Shown: in pieces, positions 1 through 11,222 of the stretch
How positions within the stretch are numbered: position 1 is the stretch's first letter
Layout of the letters: the number at the start of each line of letters is the position of its first letter
Sequence record: OP292222.1
DNA length: 64,000 nt
Strand: one strand, 5' to 3'
From: Escherichia phage Esco_phi_B-01
Notes under the pieces: generated by a model
The model's input: the letters and a program-made list of their open reading frames with translations, nothing else
Told to the model about the DNA's origin: nothing
The model's database searches: none
Program-made: the position numbers and the translations under genes

Positions 1-18
1 TATTCTTGGATGAACTAA
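1..18 (+). CDS. 3' tip of upstream gene (frd/dihydrofolate reductase by T4 synteny), partial
   Basis: Frame ends ..Y S W M N * with TAA at 16-18 overlapping td ATG (TAATG); identity inferred from T4 gene order only. Confidence 0.3.
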   Translation, partial: YSWMN

Positions 19-878
19 TGAAACAATACCAATTTTTAATTAAAGATATCCTGGAAAATGGCTACGAAACCGACGACCGTACCGGCACCGGTACAATTGC
101 ACTGTTCGGTACTAAATTACGTTTCGATTTAACTAAAGGCTTTCCTGCAGTAACAACTAAAAAATTAGCATGGAAAGCCTGTATTGCTGAGCTCCTTTGG
201 TTCCTTTCGGGTTCAACTAACGTTAATGACCTTCGTTTCCGTACTCACGGTTCATTAATTGGTGGTAAAACTATTTGGGACGAGAACTACGAAAATCAGG
301 CCAAAGACCTAGGTTATCATAGTGGTGAACTGGGTCCGGTATACGGGAAACAATGGCGAGATTTTGGTGGTGTTGACCAGGTTGTAGAAATCATCGACCG
401 TATTAAAAAGATGCCTAATGACCGACGTCAAATCGTATCTGCATGGAACCCGGCTGAAATCAACCAGATGGCTCTTCCACCGTGTCATTGTTTTTACCAG
501 TTCAACGTTCGTAATGGGCATCTTGACCTCCAGTGGTACCAACGTTCTGTTGACGTGTTCTTAGGATTGCCATTTAATATCGCCTCTTACGCCGCTCTTG
601 TGCATATTGTAGCTAAGATGTGTAATCTTATTCCGGGCGATTTAGTGTTCTCAGGCGGCAATACGCACATCTATTCTAACCACGTTGAACAATGCCAAGA
701 AGTTCTTCGTCGTGAGCCTAAAGAGCTTTGTGAACTGGAAATTAATTGGCCTGAAGGATTCTCTGATTGGAGCACGACATTACAGCTTCATTGGGTGACA
801 GAGCATATGGTCCATGAAGATTTTAAACTCATTGGTTACGAATCGCACCCTACTATTAAGGCTAAGATGGCTGTATGA
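18..878 (+). CDS. td: thymidylate synthase
   Basis: 286 aa from ATG at 18 (track start at 6 is TTG); near-collinear with T4 Td (YETDDRTGTGT, LPPCH, DLQWYQRSVD); continuous ORF, no intron. Confidence 0.93.
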   Translation: MKQYQFLIKDILENGYETDDRTGTGTIALFGTKLRFDLTKGFPAVTTKKLAWKACIAELLWFLSGSTNVNDLRFRTHGSLIGGKTIWDENYENQAKDLGYHSGELGPVYGKQWRDFGGVDQVVEIIDRIKKMPNDRRQIVSAWNPAEINQMALPPCHCFYQFNVRNGHLDLQWYQRSVDVFLGLPFNIASYAALVHIVAKMCNLIPGDLVFSGGNTHIYSNHVEQCQEVLRREPKELCELEINWPEGFSDWSTTLQLHWVTEHMVHEDFKLIGYESHPTIKAKMAV

Positions 879-949
879 AAATTCAAATTGCCGGTACCTT
901 ATTTTTGGTTATTATGATTGGACTGAATTTCATTCTATAAATATCAGTC

Positions 950-976
950 CATGCTTAACAGGTTCTATGTTATTAT
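950..976 (+). promoter_or_regulatory. T4 middle-type promoter upstream of nrdA
   Basis: MotA-box-like TGCTTAA (952-958) 12 bp upstream of extended -10 TGTTATTAT (968-976). Confidence 0.45.
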
Positions 977-1006
977 AGATGTAGAACCTAACATATTGAG
1001 GAAATT

Positions 1007-3262
1007 ATGCAAGTACAAAAGAGTAGTGGTGTATCCCAAGATTTTGACGCACAAAAAATTATTAAAGTTCTGACTTGGGGCTGTGAAGGAACCCAAATCG
1101 ACCCCTATGAATTATACGAAGAAATCAAAACCCACCTTCGTGATGGTATGACCACCAAAGATATCCAAAATCTGACTGTTAAGGTAGCGGCCAACCTTAT
1201 CTCGGTCGAAGAGCCTGATTACCAATATGTTGCTGCAAAGCAATTGATGTTTGCACTGCGTAAAGAAGTTTACGGTCAGTTTGAACCACGCAGTTTTATC
1301 GACCATATTTCCTATTGTGTTAACGAAGGTAAATATGACCCCGAATTGTTGTCTCGATATTCTGCAGAAGAAATTACTTTCTTAGAATCCCATATCAAGC
1401 ATGAACGCGATTTCGAATTAACCTATGCTGGTGCAATGCAGCTGAAAGAGAAATATCTGGTTAAAGATAAAACAACCGGTAAAATCTACGAAACTCCTCA
1501 GTTCGCTATCATGTGTATTGGTATGGCCTTACACCAAGACGAGCCGGGCAACCGTTTAGCACATATTATTCGTTTTTATGACGCTGTAAGTACTCGTCAG
1601 GTTTCGTTGCCTACTCCTATTATGGCCGGCGCACGTACACCAACCCGTCAATTTAGTTCTTGTGTGGTTATTGAAGCAGGCGACTCACTGAAATCTATTA
1701 ACAAAACTGCTAACTCAATAATTGAATACATTTCTAAACGTGCAGGTATTGGTATTAACGTTGGTATGATTCGTGCTGAAGGTTCTCGTATTGGCATGGG
1801 TGAAGTCAAACATACCGGTGTTATTCCATTCTGGAAACATTTCCAGACTGCTGTTAAATCATGTTCACAAGGTGGAATCCGTGGCGGCGCTGCTACTGCT
1901 TATTATCCTATTTGGCATTTGGAAGTTGAAAATCTGCTCGTTCTGAAAAACAACAAAGGTGTCGATGAGAACCGTATTCGTCATATGGACTACGGAATTC
2001 AGTTGAATGACCTTATGATGGAACGTTTCGGTAAAAATGATTACATCACGCTGTTTAGTCCTCATGAAATGGGTGGCGAGCTTTATTATTCTTATTTTGA
2101 AGACCAAGAACGTTTCCGTGAATTGTATGAAGCGGCTGAAAAAGACTCTAGTATTCGTAAGAAACGTATTAAAGCCCGCGACCTCTTCGAATTGTTTATG
2201 ACCGAACGTTCAGGCACTGCACGAATTTATCCTCAGTTTGTTGATAACACTAACAACTTCACGCCATTTATTCGTGAAAAGGCTCCTATTCGCCAGAGTA
2301 ACCTGTGTTGTGAAATTGCTATCCCAACCACTGATGTGAATAGTCCTGATGCTGAAATCGGGTTGTGTACTCTGTCTGCATTCGTATTGGATAACTTTGA
2401 TTGGCAGGACCAAGACAAAATCAACGAACTTGCTGAAGTACAGGTACGTGCACTTGATAACTTGTTAGACTACCAAGATTATCCTGTTCCTGAAGCTCTG
2501 AAGGCTAAGAAACGTCGTAACCTTGGCGTGGGTGTTACTAACTACGCAGCATGGCTGGCAAGCAACTTTGCTTCTTATGAAGACGCAAACGATTTAACTC
2601 ACGAACTGTTTGAGAGATTACAGTATGGACTTATCAGAGCATCAATCAAGTTGGCCGAAGAAAAAGGACCTTGCGAGTATTATTCAGACACTAAATGGTC
2701 TCGAGGCGAGCTTCCTATCGACTGGTACAATAAAAAGATTGACCAAATCGCAGCCCCAAACTATGTTTGTGACTGGTCGTCGTTGCGGGAAGACTTGGCT
2801 AAACATGGCATCCGTAATAGCACATTATCAGCACTTATGCCATGCGAGTCAAGCAGCCAAGTTTCCAACTCTACCAATGGTATCGAACCTCCGCGCGGCC
2901 CGGTAAGTATTAAAGAATCTAAAGAAGGTAACTTCCGACAGGTAGTTCCTAATGTAGAACATAACCAAGGCCTTTATGATTACGCTTGGAGCCTCGCTAA
3001 GAAAGGTAATAAACCTTATCTTACCCAAGTAGCAATTATGTTGAAATGGGTTTGCCAATCAGCATCAGCGAATACGTATTACGACCCTCAGAATTATGAG
3101 AAAGGAAAAGTTCCTATGTCAGTAATGCTTGATGACCTGTTATATTTCTGGTACTTTGGTGGTAAGAACCTTTACTATCATAACACCCGTGATGGCTCTG
3201 GTACTGACGATTATGAAATCGAAACTCCTAAAGCCGATGATTGCGCAGCTTGTAAGCTTTAA
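1007..3262 (+). CDS. nrdA: aerobic ribonucleotide reductase large subunit
   Basis: 751 aa; strong match to T4 NrdA along whole length; SD GAGGAA upstream. Confidence 0.93.
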   Translation: MQVQKSSGVSQDFDAQKIIKVLTWGCEGTQIDPYELYEEIKTHLRDGMTTKDIQNLTVKVAANLISVEEPDYQYVAAKQLMFALRKEVYGQFEPRSFIDHISYCVNEGKYDPELLSRYSAEEITFLESHIKHERDFELTYAGAMQLKEKYLVKDKTTGKIYETPQFAIMCIGMALHQDEPGNRLAHIIRFYDAVSTRQVSLPTPIMAGARTPTRQFSSCVVIEAGDSLKSINKTANSIIEYISKRAGIGINVGMIRAEGSRIGMGEVKHTGVIPFWKHFQTAVKSCSQGGIRGGAATAYYPIWHLEVENLLVLKNNKGVDENRIRHMDYGIQLNDLMMERFGKNDYITLFSPHEMGGELYYSYFEDQERFRELYEAAEKDSSIRKKRIKARDLFELFMTERSGTARIYPQFVDNTNNFTPFIREKAPIRQSNLCCEIAIPTTDVNSPDAEIGLCTLSAFVLDNFDWQDQDKINELAEVQVRALDNLLDYQDYPVPEALKAKKRRNLGVGVTNYAAWLASNFASYEDANDLTHELFERLQYGLIRASIKLAEEKGPCEYYSDTKWSRGELPIDWYNKKIDQIAAPNYVCDWSSLREDLAKHGIRNSTLSALMPCESSSQVSNSTNGIEPPRGPVSIKESKEGNFRQVVPNVEHNQGLYDYAWSLAKKGNKPYLTQVAIMLKWVCQSASANTYYDPQNYEKGKVPMSVMLDDLLYFWYFGGKNLYYHNTRDGSGTDDYEIETPKADDCAACKL

Positions 3263-3315
3263 TAAAATCTGATTATAATTGACTCATGGATGAGTCACTA
3301 ACAAATGAGAATAAC

Positions 3316-4494
3316 ATGTCTACAGTTTTTAATACTACCCCAGTTGATGTTTTAGTCGAACCGATGTTCTTTGGTTCAGGATTGGGTATTGCTCGTTACG
3401 ATATCCAACGCCATAAAGTATTCGAAGAGCTTTGTGAAAAGCAGTTGAGTTTCTTCTGGCGCCCAGAGGAAGTTAACTTGATGATGGATGCTGCCCAGTT
3501 TAATAAGCTTCCTCAATTCCAACAAAATATTTTTACCAATAACCTGAAGTATCAATCACTTCTGGATAGTATCCAAGGGCGTGCGCCGACTGCTGCACTC
3601 CAAGCATTGATTTCAGACCCTAGCCTTGATACTTGGGTGGCTACATGGACCTTTAGTGAAACCATTCACTCTCGTTCTTATACCCATATCATGCGTAACC
3701 TCTATACAGACCCATCTAAGGTATTTGATGAAATTCTGTTAGATGATGCTATCATGAAACGCGCTGAATCCATTGGTCGTTATTATGATGATGTTATTGA
3801 GAAAACTAGATATTGGCAGAATGCTAAAGCTGATATTGAGTACCAAAAAGAAATTAACGCAGACGAAGATGATATTAAAGATGCCATAGAGCATGAAATG
3901 TATTGGAAACGCGAACTAATGCGCTCTCTTTACCTCTGCCTGCACGTAATCAACGCATTGGAAGCTATTCGTTTTTACGTATCTTTCGCATGCACCTTTA
4001 ACTTCCATAAGAATATGGAAATCATGGAAGGTAATGCTAAGATTATGAAGTTCATTGCACGTGATGAACAGCTTCACCTTAAAGGCACCCAATATATTAT
4101 TCGTCAACTCCAGCTTGGTACGGATGGTGATGAATGGGTTAAAATTGCCCAAGAGTGTGAACAAGAAGCAGTTGATATTTTCATGGAAGTTAACCGACAA
4201 GAAAAAGAGTGGGCTGCCCACCTGTTCAAAGATGGTACTTGCCCTGGATTAAATACTCAGAACATGGGTGCTTTTGTCGATTACCTGACAGTTTCTCGTA
4301 TGAAGCAATGCGGCTTACCATGTCCTATTACTGATGCCCCTACTCGCCATCCATATCCTTGGATTCGCGAATACCTGAACTCTGATGCTGTACAGGCTGC
4401 TCCTCAGGAAGTGGAAATCAGTTCTTACCTTGTAGCACAAATTGATAATGATGTCGATGAAAAAGTAATGGCGTCATACAAGAAATATTTTTAA
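3316..4494 (+). CDS. nrdB: aerobic ribonucleotide reductase small subunit
   Basis: 392 aa from ATG 3316 (MSTVFNT.. as in T4 NrdB); track start 3286 lies inside an 18-bp palindrome; continuous, no intron. Confidence 0.9.
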   Translation: MSTVFNTTPVDVLVEPMFFGSGLGIARYDIQRHKVFEELCEKQLSFFWRPEEVNLMMDAAQFNKLPQFQQNIFTNNLKYQSLLDSIQGRAPTAALQALISDPSLDTWVATWTFSETIHSRSYTHIMRNLYTDPSKVFDEILLDDAIMKRAESIGRYYDDVIEKTRYWQNAKADIEYQKEINADEDDIKDAIEHEMYWKRELMRSLYLCLHVINALEAIRFYVSFACTFNFHKNMEIMEGNAKIMKFIARDEQLHLKGTQYIIRQLQLGTDGDEWVKIAQECEQEAVDIFMEVNRQEKEWAAHLFKDGTCPGLNTQNMGAFVDYLTVSRMKQCGLPCPITDAPTRHPYPWIREYLNSDAVQAAPQEVEISSYLVAQIDNDVDEKVMASYKKYF

Positions 4495-4499
4495 GGAAT

Positions 4500-4520
4500 G
4501 GGGCTTCGGCCCCTTATTGC
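4500..4520 (+). terminator. intrinsic terminator after nrdB
   Basis: GGGGC-TTCG-GCCCC hairpin followed by TTATTGCT. Confidence 0.6.
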
Positions 4521-4521
4521 T

Positions 4522-4935
4522 ATGAAAGAAATCGCAGATGAATTTAGCTTTATCAAGTACGTTACACTGGAGCTCCAAACAGATGCTACTATAGCCCCTA
4601 TCACGGTTCCAAACAAACAAAATGTCATATATGCTATAGCGGTTGATGATATACTAGTCTACATCGGGAAGACTAAAAATCTTCGTAAGCGCATCAACTA
4701 CTACCGAACAGCTATTAATCGTAAAGACCAAACGTCGGATTCGACCAAGTCCATTCTGATTCATGAAGCATTAATGGCCGGTAAAAAGGTAGAGTTCTAT
4801 GCTAGACAGTGCTTTAATCTGTCGATGACTAACGAACTTGGAACTATGTCAGTTGAGACCATGTCTCTTGAAGAGCCAATGTTCATAAAGAAATTTAATC
4901 CACCTTGGAATACCCAACATAGGATAAAGCAATGA
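4522..4935 (+). CDS. denA: endonuclease II (GIY-YIG nuclease)
   Basis: 137 aa from ATG 4522; GIY-YIG motif (VIYAI..VYIGKT..R..NYY); matches T4 DenA and its position after nrdB. Confidence 0.85.
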   Translation: MKEIADEFSFIKYVTLELQTDATIAPITVPNKQNVIYAIAVDDILVYIGKTKNLRKRINYYRTAINRKDQTSDSTKSILIHEALMAGKKVEFYARQCFNLSMTNELGTMSVETMSLEEPMFIKKFNPPWNTQHRIKQ

Positions 4936-6080
4936 TTGAATTATATGATAACTTGATGACTTTGGTTAAAAACTCGACTAAATCTAAGTTCTTCTTTAAA
5001 GACTTCCAGAGTGCGCTAGGAGTCAACTATCGCATCTTTAGTTATAACTATGCATCGTACAGTGATTGGTTGGAAGACGGCGCACTAGAGTGCCGAGGCA
5101 TTATGTTTGAAATGGACGAGAACGGTCCTGTACGTATCGCTGCTCGTCCTATGCAAAAGTTCTTTAATCTCGATGAAAATCCGTTGACTATTGGTTTGGA
5201 TTTATCACAAGAAAATATCGACCTCGTAATGGCTAAGGAAGATGGTTCCTTGATTTCTACCTTCATGGACAGACAATATCTTTCTGTTAAATCTAAAGGC
5301 TCTATCCATTCGTCGATGGTACATGATTCTTTACGTTTCCTTCGTCTCCCTGAAAACGAGGCCTTCGCTGCTCGTTTAGAAGAAATTACTAAAGCAGGCT
5401 ATACATGTAACCTCGAGTATGTTTCGCCTACTAACCGTATTGTGCTGGCTTACCAAGAAACAAACCTTATCTTACTGAACGTTCGTAATAACGAAACGGG
5501 TGAGTATATCCCTTACGCTGAACTGTTTAAAGATGGCGCTCTGCGTAAGCATTTGGTTAAAAGCTATGAACTCTCTGAAGGTGATTTTGTTGACAATATC
5601 CGTAAACAAGAGGGTATTGAAGGCTTTATCTTTGTACTTAAAGATGGCACGTTCTTTAAACTCAAAACCGCTTGGTATAGCGCACTGCATCATACCAAAG
5701 ATTCCATTAACAACAACGAACGTTTGTTTGAAGTTGTAGTGGCTGGTGGAACCGATGACCTCCGAGGTTTGTTCAGTACGGATTCATTTGCTATCGAGAA
5801 AATCAATGCATTTGAACGTATCCATTTAGACTACTTAGAACAGTCTTTGGCTTTGTTAGAAGCAGCATATTCCCAGCTCAAAGGCCGCGACCGTAAAGAC
5901 TATGCTGTCACCGGTCAGTTAATCCTCAAAGACTTCCCAGGGCTGTTCTCTATTCTTATGCAGGCGTACGTAGACGGTATTAATTATGATACGGTCATGG
6001 ACCAGATTAACTCTGTGTTCTTGAAAAATCATAAGGCCCAAATCCCTGAAAAATATTTGAAAGAAATTGTTATAGAGTAG
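4932..6080 (+). CDS. rnlA: RNA ligase 1
   Basis: 382 aa; strong match to T4 gp63 (YRIFSYNYASYSDW, ECRGIMFE, KEDGSL motif I). Confidence 0.9.
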   Translation: MIELYDNLMTLVKNSTKSKFFFKDFQSALGVNYRIFSYNYASYSDWLEDGALECRGIMFEMDENGPVRIAARPMQKFFNLDENPLTIGLDLSQENIDLVMAKEDGSLISTFMDRQYLSVKSKGSIHSSMVHDSLRFLRLPENEAFAARLEEITKAGYTCNLEYVSPTNRIVLAYQETNLILLNVRNNETGEYIPYAELFKDGALRKHLVKSYELSEGDFVDNIRKQEGIEGFIFVLKDGTFFKLKTAWYSALHHTKDSINNNERLFEVVVAGGTDDLRGLFSTDSFAIEKINAFERIHLDYLEQSLALLEAAYSQLKGRDRKDYAVTGQLILKDFPGLFSILMQAYVDGINYDTVMDQINSVFLKNHKAQIPEKYLKEIVIE

Positions 6081-6108
6081 TTTACATCTCCTCATGATGT
6101 GTTAGTAT
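6080..6108 (+). promoter_or_regulatory. early-type promoter upstream of alc
   Basis: GTTTAC (6080-6085), 17-bp spacer, TAGTAT (6103-6108). Confidence 0.5.
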
Positions 6109-6138
6109 AGACTTACCAACTAATGAGGAGAAAACAAA

Positions 6139-6639
6139 ATGAATATGCAAATGATTACCAACGAAATGGTTGTTAAAGCTTTTGGTGACTCTACTGACGG
6201 TATCCAAGTTTTTAAAGGTTCTCGTGCAGTAGGGTACCTAACCGATCTTCGTGTTACTTTAGCTAAAAATGCTAAAAAGAAAATTAAGCAAAAAGAATAC
6301 TCTACCCGTTATGCAGAAGAAAAGCGTGAAGCCATGCCTGAAGCTGTTAACTCTATGGTTGAGTTTCTCCAAAACAACCTTTCTAAGTATGATGCTGAGG
6401 TATTCATTAATATCAGCCAACCTAATGTCAAAATCGCAGGAATCACTTTCTATTTGATTTGCGACCCATTAAGCGATAAGTTTAATCGCCTTGGCATTTC
6501 GAGTCCTTACCATACCGCTGAAGAATTGTGCGTGATGTTCGAAACGTATAAAATCCAGTGTGAAAACCCTAAAACGGTTCTTATCAACTCCCTGTCACGT
6601 GATGACATCATCGAGATTATTACCAAATGTCTAAATTAA
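6139..6639 (+). CDS. alc: Alc, inhibitor of host transcription
   Basis: 166 aa; matches T4 Alc in sequence, size and position; SD GAGGAG 8 nt upstream. Confidence 0.85.
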   Translation: MNMQMITNEMVVKAFGDSTDGIQVFKGSRAVGYLTDLRVTLAKNAKKKIKQKEYSTRYAEEKREAMPEAVNSMVEFLQNNLSKYDAEVFINISQPNVKIAGITFYLICDPLSDKFNRLGISSPYHTAEELCVMFETYKIQCENPKTVLINSLSRDDIIEIITKCLN

Positions 6640-6980
6640 GTATTTACCTTTTAGCTGGAGCCATTGCAGTAGGTGCTTACGGTTTTATTTCGTATCAATC
6701 GAGCCGTATTGATACATTAACCGAAGAACTGAAAACAACTCAGCAAACGGCTAAACAGAACGCCGAAGCTGTAGAGGACCTTCGTGGTCAATACTCGGAT
6801 ATTGAATTCCGTACTACTGAAATGAATGCCCGAATGGATAAAATTAAGGCAGAAAATGAAAAGCTCCGTAAAGATTCGAAGAAGGCGCACGTGGTGGCAA
6901 GTAAGCCAGGATTGGTCGAAAAACAAATCAACAAGTCCTTCGATTCCTTTGCCCAAGACTTCAGGAGCATCACAGAATGA
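6627..6980 (+). CDS. i-spanin (Rz-like; T4 pseT.3 equivalent)
   Basis: 117 aa; N-terminal TM helix followed by charged coiled-coil region; immediately upstream of a lipoprotein gene. Confidence 0.65.
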   Translation: MSKLSIYLLAGAIAVGAYGFISYQSSRIDTLTEELKTTQQTAKQNAEAVEDLRGQYSDIEFRTTEMNARMDKIKAENEKLRKDSKKAHVVASKPGLVEKQINKSFDSFAQDFRSITE

Positions 6981-7267
6981 TTAAATTGACTGCTGTAATG
7001 TTATCTATTGGCTTGTTAGTTGGGTGTGCCCAGGATGTTCCTGTAGCGCCTAAACAACAACTCCACCCTTCATGGCCGCAACCTATTGCCGAACATAATG
7101 TTAAATGGCAGGTTAAGGTAATCGACGGTAAGGCCTGGGTTGGTATGCCATTTGAAGACTCACAAGAACACCGAATTTGGTTGAACGACGTAAAAAGATA
7201 TGTACAAGACCAGAAATCTATGTTATGTTATTATCGTTCTGGACTAAAAGAGGAGAAGTGCAAATGA
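6977..7267 (+). CDS. o-spanin lipoprotein (Rz1-like; T4 pseT.2 equivalent)
   Basis: 96 aa; signal peptide with lipobox LLVGC; ATGA overlap with upstream i-spanin ORF. Confidence 0.65.
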   Translation: MIKLTAVMLSIGLLVGCAQDVPVAPKQQLHPSWPQPIAEHNVKWQVKVIDGKAWVGMPFEDSQEHRIWLNDVKRYVQDQKSMLCYYRSGLKEEKCK

Positions 7268-7371
7268 TTGAAGCCTGTATCGATGGATGGGATGTTTTTA
7301 AATTCGGTGCTGCATGTTTTTGCTTTGGTATCGTGTTCAGCCTGTGTATGAATGGTATTTTTGGAAAGTAG
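7264..7371 (+). CDS. small hydrophobic membrane peptide (35 aa), hypothetical
   Basis: ATG 7264 preceded by GAGGAG at 8 nt; overlaps upstream stop (ATGA); Cys/Phe-rich TM-like sequence. Confidence 0.4.
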   Translation: MIEACIDGWDVFKFGAACFCFGIVFSLCMNGIFGK

Positions 7372-7400
7372 TTTACAACCTCTTGGGAGCAGAGTATAAT
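7371..7400 (+). promoter_or_regulatory. early-type promoter
   Basis: GTTTAC (7371-7376), 18-bp spacer, TATAAT (7395-7400). Confidence 0.55.
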
Positions 7401-7434
7401 GCTCCCACGGATTATAAAATTTGAGGAAATTATT

Positions 7435-7913
7435 ATGACATTACGTGATAACAGTTTTGTGGCTAAGCCTGAATACATTTCAGGTATTAAATCTCCTATA
7501 TTACAAAAGCTCTTAAAATTAGGGTCCTGTGCAAGTACACCAATTGAAAAGAAGGCAACTTTCGATTTTGCTTGGGCTATTGTGGACGGTATTGATGTAG
7601 TAAGACAGGTAACTTTTTATGCTCCAGGGTCTATTGAGCCTTCACAGATTATTAATTTGGATGGAAGTAATTATATTACCATCCAACAGTGGTATCGTAT
7701 GATGCGTCCAGTTTGGGAATACCCTGAATTCATTGAAGAGTACAATGAAAAAGAACGTATTCGTGAGTTGGTAAAAAGTTTTGAATATGCGGCTAAGCGC
7801 CATGGTCAAATGCAAGCTGCTGCTACACTTGGCGATGTTTCTGAAAGCGCGGCTTATGAAACTGGTAAAATCCTTAAAACCTGCCGTGAAGAGCTTTATA
7901 AGGAGCTTGGTGT

Positions 7914-7917
<4 letters not shown>
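7435..7917 (+). CDS. hypothetical protein (160 aa)
   Basis: ATG 7435 with SD GAGGAA; early-type promoter upstream; no recognised domain. Confidence 0.55.
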
Positions 7918-9138
<1,221 letters not shown>

Positions 9139-9139
<1 letters not shown>

Positions 9140-9336
9140 TGAATAATATCGAAAAGATTTTTCGTACAATCGAAGAAATTGAAAAACGTAAATGCTTTTT
9201 CTTCGGCGTATGGCCTTTAACTGATGGACGTATTGGCCTGGATGTTATGGACTATAGAGATGAAGACAGGGTCGATGGTGGTATTTTTAAATCAGCGCCA
9301 GAACTCCTTGCCTTCTTGGAAAAACATTATGTATAA
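9139..9336 (+). CDS. hypothetical protein (65 aa)
   Basis: ATG 9139 overlaps pseT stop (TAATG); track start 9109 rejected. Confidence 0.5.
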
Positions 9337-9544
9337 CAAACACCATGAAGTTGAAGAAGAAGCTTATAAAGAGCTTCAGAAACTGGTAGGGCTTAATATG
9401 TCTCCTACCCTCATTAACTCACTAGCAGCTCTCCGTAACGATTTGAATGAACGTTACAAAGGTGAGTACTATGTTGAGTTCGTTCCTCTGACTGAAGTCG
9501 TTGACCGGTTTATTGTTAACGTGAAGGTCCATACAGTACACTGA
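9329..9544 (+). CDS. hypothetical protein (71 aa)
   Basis: ATG 9329 overlaps upstream stop; in-frame part of track ORF 9224..9544. Confidence 0.45.
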   Translation: MYNKHHEVEEEAYKELQKLVGLNMSPTLINSLAALRNDLNERYKGEYYVEFVPLTEVVDRFIVNVKVHTVH

Positions 9545-9551
9545 GGTAATT

Positions 9552-9830
9552 ATGTTCCCTACTTATTCTGAAATTGTTAAAGTAGTTTTTAGTCAGATTG
9601 TATCTGATTACCTATACGAACCTGTCGACACGTCGATTGAATTAAAAGTGCACGGACGTTTGTCTGCTATTCTGGAAATCATGTTCCCAGATGCAGTTGA
9701 TGCAATCACTGTCCAACTCACGACTGGTGCAGCATTTGCAATTGTTCCATTTAAAATTGATAACCACATTTTGGCTATTTCATGCAAAATGGACTTCCAG
9801 AAACAAACGGTAGTTGTCGAAGCAATTTAA
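9552..9830 (+). CDS. hypothetical protein (92 aa)
   Basis: ATG with SD GAGG upstream. Confidence 0.5.
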   Translation: MFPTYSEIVKVVFSQIVSDYLYEPVDTSIELKVHGRLSAILEIMFPDAVDAITVQLTTGAAFAIVPFKIDNHILAISCKMDFQKQTVVVEAI

Positions 9831-9832
9831 GT

Positions 9833-9862
9833 GTTTATATCATGGTAGGACTGTGGTATAGT
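9833..9862 (+). promoter_or_regulatory. early-type promoter
   Basis: GTTTAT (9833-9838), 18-bp spacer, TATAGT (9857-9862). Confidence 0.5.
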
Positions 9863-9892
9863 AGTCCTACCGAAACAAATGAGGAAATCGAA

Positions 9893-10447
9893 ATGGGTAA
9901 GTTCTTTGAAGAGCGTAAGTTTTATAAGTTCATTAGCGAATACACTAAAAACAAATTCACTAATAACGGCTCTTATGGCCTCAATACAGCTTTTGCCAAG
10001 TATGTAGGTATGAATCCGTTTGAAGTTGAAATTGATTACCATAATGGGCGTGAACGTGTAAGCCGAATTCGTGTATATGACGAGATGATGTTTGTCGACC
10101 CGAGCAAAATCACAGGTAATCCTGATGATGTAAATGCTGTTCTTTTTAATTCAACAGGCCTTTTTGGCCATGAATTCGAATACTTTATTGAAGTAGTACG
10201 TCCACTGGCCTCGGTGAGTATTTCTGAAAATGGTGGACCTAAACCGGTAAAAGCCACCGCTGATTGGAAAGTGCTTATCATTAAAAACGGTAAGATTGAA
10301 GTTCATTCTCGCCATAACACAAAGGAACAAGCCGACCGTCAAGCCGAAGAGCTTTTGACCAGTTCGTTCCAACAAGTGTGTTATATTGTTAAAGGCGACG
10401 TTACCCAAGCTACCACTACCAAACAACTTAAGTTGGAGACCATCTAA
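9893..10447 (+). CDS. hypothetical protein (184 aa)
   Basis: ATG 9893 with SD GAGGAA; early-type promoter at 9833-9862 lies inside the longer track ORF. Confidence 0.55.
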   Translation: MGKFFEERKFYKFISEYTKNKFTNNGSYGLNTAFAKYVGMNPFEVEIDYHNGRERVSRIRVYDEMMFVDPSKITGNPDDVNAVLFNSTGLFGHEFEYFIEVVRPLASVSISENGGPKPVKATADWKVLIIKNGKIEVHSRHNTKEQADRQAEELLTSSFQQVCYIVKGDVTQATTTKQLKLETI

Positions 10448-10680
10448 TGCTGAGCGAACAACCTATTACTGTAGAGCAGTTTCAAGTTAAAGTTAAAGAA
10501 TTTGCTCAGGCCCTGATTAATAAGGTTTCTGTACGTTTTCCTGATGCGACCCTGCGAGTAATCCAGGAATCACCACGTACGGTATTGGTTATCGTTAATC
10601 CTAAAAATGGCGGCCAGATTACCCAGTTAAAACTTGGTTCTGATGGTCTGGTCGAAGCGCAGCGAGTGTTCGTAGAATGA
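10447..10680 (+). CDS. hypothetical protein (77 aa)
   Basis: ORF with overlapping start/stop to neighbours. Confidence 0.5.
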   Translation: MLSEQPITVEQFQVKVKEFAQALINKVSVRFPDATLRVIQESPRTVLVIVNPKNGGQITQLKLGSDGLVEAQRVFVE

Positions 10681-11222
10681 AAGCAAGTACATATCTTCAG
10701 ATTGCCTATCTGATTTCTCAGGAATCAAAATGTTGTTCATGGAAAGTGGGCGCGGTTATTGAAAAGAATGGTCGCATTATTTCTACAGGGTATAATGGTT
10801 CGCCGTCTGGTGGTGTTAACTGTTGTGACCATGCAGTGGAACAGGACTGGACTCGTGTTGTGTATGACACGGCCCGAATGTCCCATAAATCGATTCTTCT
10901 TAAAGAACATCGTATGGCTCATGCCGCATGGTCATCCAAAAATGAAATCCATGCTGAACTGAATGCTATCCTGTTTGCAGCTCGTACAGGAAGTTCTATT
11001 GACGGCGCTACGATGTATGTGACACTGTCCCCGTGTGCAGATTGTGCTAAGTCTATTGCGCAGTCCGGAATTAAAACGCTGGTTTATGCTGAACTCTATG
11101 ACCGAAATCCTGAAGGTTGGGATGATATCCTCCGTGAATCAGGCATCGAAGTTATTCAGTATAATCGTACCGGTCTCCGTTCTCTGAACTGGGAATCAAT
11201 TCAAAACTATTGTGGTGAATAA
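10677..11222 (+). CDS. cd: dCMP deaminase
   Basis: 181 aa; zinc-binding deaminase motifs HAE...PCADC; matches T4 Cd. Confidence 0.88.
   Translation: MKASTYLQIAYLISQESKCCSWKVGAVIEKNGRIISTGYNGSPSGGVNCCDHAVEQDWTRVVYDTARMSHKSILLKEHRMAHAAWSSKNEIHAELNAILFAARTGSSIDGATMYVTLSPCADCAKSIAQSGIKTLVYAELYDRNPEGWDDILRESGIEVIQYNRTGLRSLNWESIQNYCGE

Noticed and set aside
6-878. Longer N-terminal extensions from the six-frame track (td at 6, gp51 at 28589, gp48 at 24416, gp15 at 51929, NADAR-like at 14665, nrdB at 3286, denA at 4498)
   Set aside because: These starts are TTG/GTG codons or lie inside hairpins or promoter elements; the nearest downstream ATG with an SD matches T4 protein N-termini better.
936-943. 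TATAAATA upstream of nrdA as a late promoter
   Set aside because: Exact motif, but nrdA is an early/middle gene and a middle-type promoter lies just downstream; likely fortuitous in AT-rich DNA.
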